From the NCBI GenBank assembly GCA_048940925.1, contig JBHLOC010000058.1, positions 1 to 25,098 of the forward strand: a stretch of 25,098 bases of DNA. Direction: 5' to 3'. This DNA comes from Promethearchaeota archaeon (GTDB lineage Archaea; Asgardarchaeota; Lokiarchaeia; Sigyniarchaeales; SOKP01). This document shows, piece by piece, positions 1 to 8,533 of this stretch. A program made the translations under genes and the position numbers. Below the pieces are notes generated by a model. That model was given only the letters and a program-made list of their open reading frames with translations. It searched no databases and had not been told where the DNA came from. The first letter of the stretch is position 1. Every line of letters begins with the position of its first letter.

Positions 1-1
1 A

Positions 2-400
2 TTAAGAATCATTTCTCTTATCAAAAAAATACAAAACAGATAAGATTGCCCATACTAGGGAACTTATTGCCCAAATTACTTCTGAAAACACAAATTCAAA
101 ATATCCTATGATGATATACACTATCTGAAGGATTGTAAAGATAAATCCTGCGGGAATAGCCAAAATTAATAAGACTTTATATTTTTCAATATTTTTATAA
201 AGAAGAATGGATCCTATTCCGTTATATATAAACATCCAAATCCAGAAAAAACTAATCATAGCTCTAGCACGATCTGAGAATGGTTTTGTCCCTGTAACTG
301 ACGCAAGTAATGGCCCAAAAAAAATCATGAAGATTGGAATAAACATAAATACAATTCCAAAAAATAACCATATTTTTTTCCAAATTTGGTCAGAAATCAT
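2..400 (-). CDS. Hypothetical integral membrane protein (about 4 TM helices)
   Basis: ATG at 400 and TAA at 2-4; four long hydrophobic stretches; starts 19 bp downstream of the ICMT-family gene on the same strand, so probably co-transcribed. Confidence 0.75.
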   Translation of the reverse strand: MISDQIWKKIWLFFGIVFMFIPIFMIFFGPLLASVTGTKPFSDRARAMISFFWIWMFIYNGIGSILLYKNIEKYKVLLILAIPAGFIFTILQIVYIIIGYFEFVFSEVIWAISSLVWAILSVLYFFDKRNDS

Positions 401-419
401 AATTATGGTAAATATTACT

Positions 420-917
420 TTATTTTTTAAACGGATTAGGGATCCATTTTGGTACTTTTGCTTTATATTCTAAGAATTTATTGCCAAATAGATCTTCAAG
501 AATTTTTTCTTCGAAATTAACCATCCAGTTATATATTAAAAATATTACGACAAAAATAGCAATGCTAATTAAAGAGATAGATAAAAAGATAAATGAGATG
601 TAAATCAATAAAATTCCCAAATACATTGGGTTCCTCACATATCCAAGAATTCCATCCGTAATCAATGAGTTTGATGGTTGATGCGATTTAAATAAAACCT
701 TATGAGATAGTATAATAAAAATAAGAGCAATTATAAGAACTACAATAAAAAATATTAAACGTATCTCAAAAAATACAAAATCATTTAGAAAAGTTGAAAT
801 TCGAAATATTCTTGAATCTAAAATCCATATTATAACAAAAACTATTGGTAATATTGCATGGTATATATGGGCGTTAGGAAGCTCTCTTTCATGACCCTCA
901 TGTCTTTTTACATTCAT
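420..917 (-). CDS. Isoprenylcysteine carboxyl methyltransferase (ICMT)/PEMT-family membrane methyltransferase
   Basis: TM helices plus the family motifs LITDGILGYVRNPMYLG and EEKILEDLFGNKFLEYKAKVPKWIP. Confidence 0.9.
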   Translation of the reverse strand: MNVKRHEGHERELPNAHIYHAILPIVFVIIWILDSRIFRISTFLNDFVFFEIRLIFFIVVLIIALIFIILSHKVLFKSHQPSNSLITDGILGYVRNPMYLGILLIYISFIFLSISLISIAIFVVIFLIYNWMVNFEEKILEDLFGNKFLEYKAKVPKWIPNPFKK

Positions 918-1003
918 TTCAATCCAATTGTAGTATATAGTTTTATATGTTTGATTTTTTCATTTTTATTTAATTTTTATATAGTCCAATTTTTCATACT
1001 TTT

Positions 1004-1645
1004 TTATATTTTCTTCATACTTATAGCAGTGATCCAACCTTTTTTATATTCCTCAAAAATTTGGATATTAGAAAAACTAGCTTTTTCCAAGAATTCTTTG
1101 TACTGTTTTGGCGTATGAATGGGAAAATTTCCTAATTTTGACCATTTTTCAACTTTTTCTCTTTTCTTTTCATTATTAGTTATATATCCTTCATTAACTA
1201 GAATCAAATATCCATTTGGTTTAAGAACCCTATAAATTTCTTTTAGATCTCTTATCAAATCTGACCAGAAATAATATACTTCAAAACCAGTTACTAAATC
1301 AAAATAATTGTCGTTAAAAGGTAAAGAAGAAACAGAACCTTGGTATATTTTTACAATCCCTTTTTCAATATAAATCTTATTAACGTTCCTGCTTATAAAA
1401 ACAGCTGTTTCAGAATAATCAATTCCATAAATTTCTCCATCTATTATAATTTCAGCAAATCTCTTAATATTTCCTCCACCGCCACATCCAATATCTAAAA
1501 TATAGTAATTTGGTCTTATTGAAAAATGTGATAATCCCCATTTTGCTAACTTTGCATGTCCTTTATTCATACCCCTTGCTATAATTCTTCCTAATTTACC
1601 ATTGGGTTTTCTTACTTGATTTACAAAGATCTTTTTAAGACCCAT
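1004..1645 (-). CDS. Class I SAM-dependent methyltransferase
   Basis: Motif I ILDIGCGGG, GIDYS, SSLPFNDNYFDLVT and EIYRVLKPNG. Confidence 0.92.
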   Translation of the reverse strand: MGLKKIFVNQVRKPNGKLGRIIARGMNKGHAKLAKWGLSHFSIRPNYYILDIGCGGGGNIKRFAEIIIDGEIYGIDYSETAVFISRNVNKIYIEKGIVKIYQGSVSSLPFNDNYFDLVTGFEVYYFWSDLIRDLKEIYRVLKPNGYLILVNEGYITNNEKKREKVEKWSKLGNFPIHTPKQYKEFLEKASFSNIQIFEEYKKGWITAISMKKI

Positions 1646-1685
1646 TTTTTATCCTTCGATTAAAATCCCTTTTGATCTTTTACAT

Positions 1686-2450
1686 CTATTTAATTCCATA
1701 TATTAATCCCATAGTTTTCAATTCAAACTTTAATAAATTAGGCATAGGTATCTTGTCTGAAGTTTCAATGAAGTTTACCTCTTGAATGCCCCAATCCTTG
1801 ATCTGTCTTAATAAATCTTCGATAAGTCCAAATTTTTTTTTATTTTTAAATGTATCCTGTAGAGAAAATGCACCTCCTTTTTTAAGAACGCGAAAAGATT
1901 CATTTAGAAGTTCATTTTTATCTCTAGCATCTCGAACTTCATGATAAACGAAGTTGCTTATAATAGCATCAAATTCACCATCTTTAAAAGGTATTTTAGA
2001 AGCACTAGCTTTTTGAAATACAACTTGATCCGTAACTCCTTCAATCCTGGCATTTTTTTCACATAATTGCTTAGAGTAATTCCATAACTTACCCCAAAAA
2101 TCAATTCCATATACTCGAGATCTAGGATATTTTTTTGCAAGCTCTATTGCTAATGCTCCCGCTCCAGTCCCAATATCAAGTGCTTTTCCATTTCCATTCC
2201 ACGCTAAATTATGAATGACAAAATTCCAGACTTTATATTGTAAGTTTTTATCATTTTTTGAGAACTGATAGTATAAATACATCAAATAAGCAGAAGGTAA
2301 AAAAAGCAATCCTGTTATTATCCATAATATTATTCTTATAAACAATAAAATAGGGAATAAAGAAGGGATTAGAATAATTAAATTTATTCCTATAATAGCA
2401 TAAAGCAAATTTAAAGGTACCCAATTTCCATAATTCACCGATTCTTTCAT
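1686..2450 (-). CDS. Membrane-anchored class I SAM-dependent methyltransferase
   Basis: Two N-terminal TM segments after NYGNWVP; ALDIGTGAG, GIDFW, IPFKDGEFDAIISNFVYHEV and RVLKKGG. Confidence 0.92.
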   Translation of the reverse strand: MKESVNYGNWVPLNLLYAIIGINLIILIPSLFPILLFIRIILWIITGLLFLPSAYLMYLYYQFSKNDKNLQYKVWNFVIHNLAWNGNGKALDIGTGAGALAIELAKKYPRSRVYGIDFWGKLWNYSKQLCEKNARIEGVTDQVVFQKASASKIPFKDGEFDAIISNFVYHEVRDARDKNELLNESFRVLKKGGAFSLQDTFKNKKKFGLIEDLLRQIKDWGIQEVNFIETSDKIPMPNLLKFELKTMGLIYGIK

Positions 2451-2478
2451 ATATACTTACCTCGTCTAGTAGATTTCA

Positions 2479-3090
2479 TTAATATTTTTGATGATCCTTG
2501 TCTAAACCATATAGATCATGCTTTATTGTATTAAAAAACAGGAAATATCTTGGCACTTGCTTTTTATATTCTAAGTATGATTCTCCATACTGCTCAGTTA
2601 AGGCTTTTTCCTCTCCTAGTATGCTAAAGTGAGTAGTTATCACAGTAATGGTTAAGAAAATCAAATTAATCCATGAACCAATAATTAACATCATCCCTGT
2701 GAATGTGATAAAGATCATCACTATCTGAGGATTTCGAGATACTTTATACAATCTTCGTGTTATTGGTCTCTCTAGGGGTGCATTTCTATAATTTATTATA
2801 GCAATAACTAATCCTGTTAAACCAATCAGATATAATACTGTGCCTATAACGAATTCAAGAGTTCCAATTAGTAAAGAGGATAAGAAAATCATAATAATGT
2901 TAATCAACGAAAATAATTTTCCAAACGCAGTAATTATTTTTGTTTTTTTATCCCATAGCGATCTATCATATAAACGCTTTTTCACTTCGCTCGAACAGGT
3001 ACTCAAGGTGATACCGAACACTATTAGATAAAACACAAAATAAATCCATCCGTTAAGTAATCCAAGTTTTATTTCTGGTAATAGATTCAT
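2479..3090 (-). CDS. ICMT/PEMT-family membrane methyltransferase
   Basis: Multiple TM helices; LYKVSRNPQ and EEKALTEQYGESYLEYKKQVPRY motifs. Confidence 0.88.
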   Translation of the reverse strand: MNLLPEIKLGLLNGWIYFVFYLIVFGITLSTCSSEVKKRLYDRSLWDKKTKIITAFGKLFSLINIIMIFLSSLLIGTLEFVIGTVLYLIGLTGLVIAIINYRNAPLERPITRRLYKVSRNPQIVMIFITFTGMMLIIGSWINLIFLTITVITTHFSILGEEKALTEQYGESYLEYKKQVPRYFLFFNTIKHDLYGLDKDHQKY

Positions 3091-3184
3091 TTAATATCAT
3101 TTAATTTTTTTTAATTATCTATAGTTGTTCATTCTATTTAAATTTAGTTATACCTAATTTATCAAAGTCAATATCATATTAAAA

Positions 3185-3202
3185 ATTGAGATAAGTCTCA
3201 AT
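3185..3202. promoter_or_regulatory. Palindromic operator candidate ATTGAGA-taag-TCTCAAT (TGAG-N6-CTCA)
   Basis: Perfect 7-bp inverted repeat with a 4-nt spacer in the divergent intergenic region 3091-3416; same core as the sites at 4940-4963 and 4971-4986. Confidence 0.45.
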
Positions 3203-3416
3203 ATATTATTTTAAAAAGAGTTTTATAAGAACTTTGATATTTATTTGTTAGGTTTAATATATTTAGTTAATCAATATGGATTTCTTCTCTTAATAAAAGT
3301 CATTTAATGTTTAAATGAGATAAGGTTATTAATTAAATAGAATTGAGTTAAAAAGGATATTTAATCTATCAATAATTAAATAATTTCATTAAATACTACG
3401 GTATTAGATTGAAAAT

Positions 3417-4019
3417 GTGAAGGAAAATACGAATCTAGTTCAATTGAATAAAAAAGTGAATTTAAAAAAGGCTAAAGGATTTCTAGGTGAGGGTTTCAGT
3501 AGAAATGCTGATTTCCTAAGCTCTGTTGTAAGTTCTCTTCAATTATCTAAAGATTCTAAGGTATTAGATGTTGGCACAGGGAGAGGAGTCATGGCAATCA
3601 TCCTTGCCCTTCATGGCTATAATGTTATTACAGGAGAGCCTGAGGGGGTATATTGGGCAGATTGGAAATCTTCTGCTAAAAAAGTAGGTGTCGAGAAACT
3701 GATTAAATTCCAACCAGTAAATGCAGAAAAATTAACTTTTAGTAATGATTATTTTGATGCAGTATTTCTCTATACCACGTTTCATCATATCAATAATAAA
3801 CAGCGTGCAATAAAAGAATTGTTTCGCATTATAAAACCTAATAGTATATTAGTTATTATTGAATTAACCGATGAAGGGGTTGAATTAGTGAGAAAAAGAT
3901 TTAGAAATCATCAAGATGCTGTTGATCCATGTGATTATACAAAGGATCTAAAATTTGAAGTGGAAATTATTGAGAGCAAATATCTAAATGCTTATATCTT
4001 TAAAAAGCAAGTTGAATGA
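3417..4019 (+). CDS. Class I SAM-dependent methyltransferase
   Basis: GTG start; VLDVGTGRG, AEKLTFSNDYFDAV, FHHI and RIIKP. Confidence 0.9.
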   Translation: MKENTNLVQLNKKVNLKKAKGFLGEGFSRNADFLSSVVSSLQLSKDSKVLDVGTGRGVMAIILALHGYNVITGEPEGVYWADWKSSAKKVGVEKLIKFQPVNAEKLTFSNDYFDAVFLYTTFHHINNKQRAIKELFRIIKPNSILVIIELTDEGVELVRKRFRNHQDAVDPCDYTKDLKFEVEIIESKYLNAYIFKKQVE

Positions 4020-4034
4020 AAATCAATGTCAAAA

Positions 4035-4910
4035 TTAACTTTTTTTCTCGGCAATAATAAAGACATGATGTTCTGGAACAGCGGGTTCATCTATACCAAC
4101 ATATTTAGTTTCAATTACATCAAATCTATGTGAATTGAGAAGCTGCTCCCATAGTTTAATCTTTAGAAAATTCAGAGGTACATATATATTTTCATCCCCA
4201 ATTACTCGATTGTAAAACCAATCGAAAAAACCATTAATTATTTTGATATCATCTTCTTCAATATAAGCCTCTTTTATTACTAAGCGTGTTTTAGTAATTC
4301 TTGTCGCTTCATCCAGAAGATGTTCAGGATCACGTGCGTGATGCAAAACAGTATATAAAATAGTTGTATCTACTTCCTCATCTGCTAAGGGTATTTTATC
4401 TTCAGGATTATATAAGATCAATTGGAGGTCCGTATAATTATAATCTACAACGTCAACTAGAAATACTTCTTTTCCAAGCTGTTTCTTTATCTCTAATGCT
4501 AAAAGACCATTTCCAGCGCCCAGATCAAGAATTTTATTTCCCACGATAAAATCTTTAATACTTTCAAATCGCATTTTAGCAAAGTTGAGTTCTTGAGTTT
4601 TTATATCCTTTTCTCTATCAACATGTTTTCTAATAAAATTTCGGAGTTTCTCCTCGATCTTTATTAGGGGTTCTCCTTTTTTCAAACCACTACTTAAAGT
4701 TATATTTACATAGAACCAAAAAGCTTTTCTTTTAAAAGAGTTAGCTCCAGCATTTCTCATGGCTTCCAGCAATAGAGACTTTATTTTTTTCCGATACCGC
4801 TTTTGTTCGTCACTCTTTCCAGAGAAAATAGGAGTAATAAGACTTTCTACTCGAGAAATATCGTTTTGATCATTGATTTTATTAAATTTAATCGTATTTA
4901 TTTGGATCAT
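4035..4910 (-). CDS. Class I SAM-dependent methyltransferase with an approximately 100-aa N-terminal extension
   Basis: ILDLGAGNG, LVDVVDY and VLHHARDPEHLLDEATR in the C-terminal two-thirds. Confidence 0.88.
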   Translation of the reverse strand: MIQINTIKFNKINDQNDISRVESLITPIFSGKSDEQKRYRKKIKSLLLEAMRNAGANSFKRKAFWFYVNITLSSGLKKGEPLIKIEEKLRNFIRKHVDREKDIKTQELNFAKMRFESIKDFIVGNKILDLGAGNGLLALEIKKQLGKEVFLVDVVDYNYTDLQLILYNPEDKIPLADEEVDTTILYTVLHHARDPEHLLDEATRITKTRLVIKEAYIEEDDIKIINGFFDWFYNRVIGDENIYVPLNFLKIKLWEQLLNSHRFDVIETKYVGIDEPAVPEHHVFIIAEKKS

Positions 4911-4939
4911 ATTTAAATATTAATTTTAATAATATTATA

Positions 4940-4963
4940 ATAAGTGAGTTTTTACTCACTTAT
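4940..4963. promoter_or_regulatory. Perfect inverted repeat ATAAGTGAGT-tttt-ACTCACTTAT, probable TetR operator O1
   Basis: 10-bp perfect arms with a 4-nt spacer, between the divergent methyltransferase and TetR genes; flanked by TATA-like elements on both strands (TTATAATA on the minus strand at about 4933-4940, TTATAAA on the plus strand at 4960-4967). Confidence 0.8.
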
Positions 4964-4970
4964 AAACTTT

Positions 4971-4986
4971 ATGAGTAATTGCTCAT
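4971..4986. promoter_or_regulatory. Second operator copy ATGAGT-aatt-GCTCAT (O2)
   Basis: Same TGAG-N6-CTCA core with one arm mismatch, just upstream of the TetR ATG at 5000. Confidence 0.7.
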
Positions 4987-4999
4987 TTATGATCTCATC

Positions 5000-5620
5000 A
5001 TGTCAAATAAAAAATTTTCTCGAAACAAGCAAGAAAAAATAGAATTAATCTATAAAACATTTTTTAATCTAGTGTTAAAACAAGGATATCATAACACAAG
5101 CACAAATCATGTAGCAAAAGTAGCAAAGATTAGTATTGGAACGATCTACAAGTATTTTCCGAAAGGGAAAAAAGATATCATAAGAAAATATTTTGAAGAA
5201 TCAATGGAAACAATGTTAGACAGAGAAGATTTATTTAATATTACTAATGAAAATTTTAGAGATTTTCTGAATCATTTTATTTTAGAATTATTCAAAATTC
5301 ATCAAGAAAATAAAGGATATAATCTAGCTTTTAGATCAGCTATACAATCTGATGAAGCATTACATAAAGCACATAAAGAGAAAATTTTTATTTTTTTTAA
5401 AGAGAGGGCGCAAAAATTAAGAAGATCAAATAAAAGTTTTAAAGAGATCCCCGAGGAACGATTAATTGAAGCATTTATCTTTATATATAATCTTGTTAAT
5501 GCAATTATTTATCATCATTTAGCCGTAATGAAATTATTAAATACAGATAATAAATTAATAGACTTTCTTTCGAAATTAGTCTTTTTTTCATTGCAGTTTA
5601 TACTTAATTTAACACAATAA
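5000..5620 (+). CDS. TetR/AcrR-family transcriptional regulator
   Basis: N-terminal HTH GYHNTSTNHVAKVAKISIGTIYKYFPKGKKDI. ATG at 5000 is preferred over TTG at 4979, which lies inside the operator. Confidence 0.92.
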   Translation: MSNKKFSRNKQEKIELIYKTFFNLVLKQGYHNTSTNHVAKVAKISIGTIYKYFPKGKKDIIRKYFEESMETMLDREDLFNITNENFRDFLNHFILELFKIHQENKGYNLAFRSAIQSDEALHKAHKEKIFIFFKERAQKLRRSNKSFKEIPEERLIEAFIFIYNLVNAIIYHHLAVMKLLNTDNKLIDFLSKLVFFSLQFILNLTQ

Positions 5621-5733
5621 CAATTTAAATATAATTTTCTTTTTTTTCCATTAGAACATGTTTTGTAAGCTTATCTTATAGAGGAAATTGAATTAAAAAG
5701 GATATATAATTTATCAAATGTTTAACATATTGA

Positions 5734-6210
5734 TTAATTACGGTTTATTTCTTGTATGAATTTATTAATTTTATCAATATGGGCGCCTTTCTTAATTTCT
5801 TTTTTAGTAATTTCTAAGGTAGATAATGGTTCTTTTTCACATAATTTAGTCATTCCCTCAAACAATTCAGGTCCACCACTTCCACCTTCTGTACAGAAAA
5901 AAGTTACATTTTTAAATTCAGTTTTGTTGTCAGATATATACGTTCTTATAGCAGGTGTCATCCTCTTGCCCCAATTAGGAGTGCCCAGAATTATTAGATC
6001 GTATAATTCAGGATTTTTCTGAGTCGCTTGTAATTTTGTCAATTTTTCTTTCATAGCATCGTATCCACATTTAAGAAAGCCAATAACAAATCCAGTTCGT
6101 TTCTTAGTATCAATTAATTCTTCATATTCACAGTTTAAATTGTTAGAAATTAATTCGGCAATTTTTTTAGTCGTACCCTTCCTTGAATAAAAAACTAGTA
6201 ATGAAGTCAT
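5734..6210 (-). CDS. Flavodoxin-family protein
   Basis: FMN loop FYSRKGTTKKIA, ILGTPNWG and FFCTEGGSG; ATG at 6210 preferred. Confidence 0.88.
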   Translation of the reverse strand: MTSLLVFYSRKGTTKKIAELISNNLNCEYEELIDTKKRTGFVIGFLKCGYDAMKEKLTKLQATQKNPELYDLIILGTPNWGKRMTPAIRTYISDNKTEFKNVTFFCTEGGSGGPELFEGMTKLCEKEPLSTLEITKKEIKKGAHIDKINKFIQEINRN

Positions 6211-6388
6211 AATTAACAAATGTAAGGATCAAAAAATTTTAAAGATTGTTTTCTACACTTTTGATTAATTACTGTTTTTTCTAATTTTTAACTTGTGAAT
6301 AGATTTAAATACAAGAAAAGACGTTCTAAATATAACATTAAATTTAAAGTCAAAATGTAATCCAAAAACTCAATACAGGTGTTATTAT

Positions 6389-8284
6389 TTGAATAAAGGT
6401 TTAAAGATATTTTTGGTAATAATAATCATCCTTGTACTCGTTGGTGCCGGTTTATTCATCTACTTTATGTTCTTCCAACCAGAAAAAAAGCCTCCAAAAC
6501 CTAACACATATGTGGAGAATTCTGATATAGACTTTCTAGGTTACTCAATATTATTTACAAAGGGTAATATAATTCTTGAAAATTCTTTTAATATTACAGA
6601 AGGGAAGCTGAATGGTTACAACGTCATCAATTCGACTGTTAATACAGATTGTTCAATTAATAATGAAACTCGGCTTAATTCAATTAATTTATATAATAAG
6701 GCAAAAATTACCATGAGAAATTTCAATGAAACTGATATCATCATTTTTTTACATGATCGCAGCACTCTTACACTCGAAAATTGCATCTTTTATAGTATAT
6801 GGGTTCATGATTTTAGCTCTGTCATTATAAAAAATTGTACAATTTATAGTATACATGTTGAATCTCTTGTTGGAGAGCCAGGAGTGCACACTTATGATAC
6901 TTCTGTTTCAATTAGTAATTCTACTATTGCTGAAATTGAAATCAGCGAAGGATGCGATTTCTTGATAAAAAATTGCACATTTAATGGATTTTATTCACTC
7001 TATATTACAGCACCTTCACCTTCGGCAAAAGTGAGTGGAACCATAGAAAATTCTAACTTATGGGTAGTAGATGTACTGGGATATGTTAATTTAAACGTTA
7101 AAGAATCTTCACTCTATGGATTGTATTTATTTGATATGGCACGTGCAACGCTGATTCAGAGTAATGTTACAGGTTTTTATCGGTATGGGATTGTAGCGTA
7201 TTCAGGAACTACTAATATTGATAATGGAATAGTCACAGGTTCAGGGTATCAGAATACCACAAAATTAATAAATTCAGATGTACCTACTCCCCTATTATAT
7301 TCAGTAGCTGCAAACGGTTCAGCGGTAGTTAATATGAATAATTATGCTTGCCATCTTTATCTTCATGATACTTCAAGTGCAAAAGTTTATAATATTCCAG
7401 ATAACTTATATCTCCCTTATTTCGAGGGAAATATTATGGATTCTTCTTCTTTAACTGTGGAGGATGCCGATTTAAGTGGGGGAGAAATAATTTGTATAGA
7501 TAATGGTGCATTAAACTTGAGAAACACCACTCTATATGGTATCTATTGTGAAACTTCAAATTCAATAACTATTGATGATAGTCTAATTTATGTTATACAA
7601 ACCTTTTCCGTATATTCTTACTTAACAAATTTAGCTGTAGACCATATCAACATCAAAAATTCATTTATATATTTTGTATATACTGGGGGAAGGGATATTT
7701 TATACTTAGAAAATTGTACCAGTTACTATTTATATGAGGGGGTAATTGTGTATTCCGGGTCATTGACATTGGATTTTGGAGGTTTTTCCGGAACGGGTAG
7801 TTATATGAATTCTACAAAACTTGTAGACACTAACATTCTCTGGGGAAGAAATTTATTTTATGTTGAGATAAATGGAAGCGCTCAGTTAACAGTTGAAGAT
7901 AATTTTGAAAATCTTTATTTCTACTGTCAGGATAATGCGGGGCTTACTTGCAGAAATTCGACTTTTTATAGCTTCAATGCTCAGGATGCCACCACTGTAA
8001 CAGTTAAAAACTGTTCGAGTTATGGTAATATTCTACTTATGGATGGATCTACTTTGAATATTACAGATAGTAATACGTATTTGATGATTCAAACAATAGG
8101 AGACTCTACTGCTTCAGTAAGAAATACCACGCTTTATGGAATCGTTATTTATGAATCTTCCATGGTCACAGTCTTGAATTCAACCCTAGTATTAATTCAA
8201 GTTTTGGGATCGAATGTGAAAGATTACGCAATTGAAGTCTATGACTCAACAATAATGCATTTAGATACATATACTTGGGGTTAA
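6389..8284 (+). CDS. Membrane-anchored extracellular beta-helix/beta-solenoid repeat protein
   Basis: TTG start; N-terminal TM helix plus a Pro/Lys linker; repeats of about 17 residues (IFLHDRSTLTLENCIFY / IWVHDFSSVIIKNCTIY); about 19 N-X-S/T sequons counted by eye. Confidence 0.75.
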   Translation: MNKGLKIFLVIIIILVLVGAGLFIYFMFFQPEKKPPKPNTYVENSDIDFLGYSILFTKGNIILENSFNITEGKLNGYNVINSTVNTDCSINNETRLNSINLYNKAKITMRNFNETDIIIFLHDRSTLTLENCIFYSIWVHDFSSVIIKNCTIYSIHVESLVGEPGVHTYDTSVSISNSTIAEIEISEGCDFLIKNCTFNGFYSLYITAPSPSAKVSGTIENSNLWVVDVLGYVNLNVKESSLYGLYLFDMARATLIQSNVTGFYRYGIVAYSGTTNIDNGIVTGSGYQNTTKLINSDVPTPLLYSVAANGSAVVNMNNYACHLYLHDTSSAKVYNIPDNLYLPYFEGNIMDSSSLTVEDADLSGGEIICIDNGALNLRNTTLYGIYCETSNSITIDDSLIYVIQTFSVYSYLTNLAVDHINIKNSFIYFVYTGGRDILYLENCTSYYLYEGVIVYSGSLTLDFGGFSGTGSYMNSTKLVDTNILWGRNLFYVEINGSAQLTVEDNFENLYFYCQDNAGLTCRNSTFYSFNAQDATTVTVKNCSSYGNILLMDGSTLNITDSNTYLMIQTIGDSTASVRNTTLYGIVIYESSMVTVLNSTLVLIQVLGSNVKDYAIEVYDSTIMHLDTYTWG

Positions 8285-8295
8285 GAAATTCTAAA

Positions 8296-8308
8296 TTATT
8301 TTTTTTTT
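8296..8308 (+). terminator. Oligo-T archaeal-type terminator candidate
   Basis: T10 run (8299-8308) about 15 nt after the TAA of the beta-helix gene. Confidence 0.45.
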
Positions 8309-8533
8309 AATTTATTTAATTGTTTAATAGAATATAATGATAAAAGACCATTCTAAATTTACTAAATTTAAAAAAAATAATCTCAATTATTCATAAACTT
8401 TAATCTAATATACTTTATTTTTGCTTTTTCTTTTGCTAATGAAACATGTTCAGAATTAATAATATAAATTATTTAAATTTAAAATAATTAATACGCAATT
8501 TTTAAGAACAACAATAAAGGTGATTATTACAAA

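Noticed and set aside
207-473. Short alternative ORFs from the track (207-473, 858-1118, 1958-2140, 2840-3031, 4364-4549, 5756-6022, 9661-9894, 10096-10395, 12298-12483, 12942-13187, 14517-14786, 16253-16453, 16501-16695, 19333-19770, 21276-21464, 21543-21827, 22877-23068, 23402-23611, 23795-24076)
   Set aside because: All overlap well-supported genes antisense or out of frame and show no recognisable motifs; treated as shadow ORFs.
3091-3416. ncRNA or tRNA in the longer intergenic regions (also 15421-15681 and 24953-25098)
   Set aside because: Very AT-rich, with no GC-rich stems or cloverleaf visible; a covariance-model search would be needed to exclude it fully.
8441-8451. AACATGTT palindrome upstream of cooS, also present near 5655-5662
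   Set aside because: An 8-bp AT-rich palindrome is expected by chance, and the other copy lies between convergent genes.
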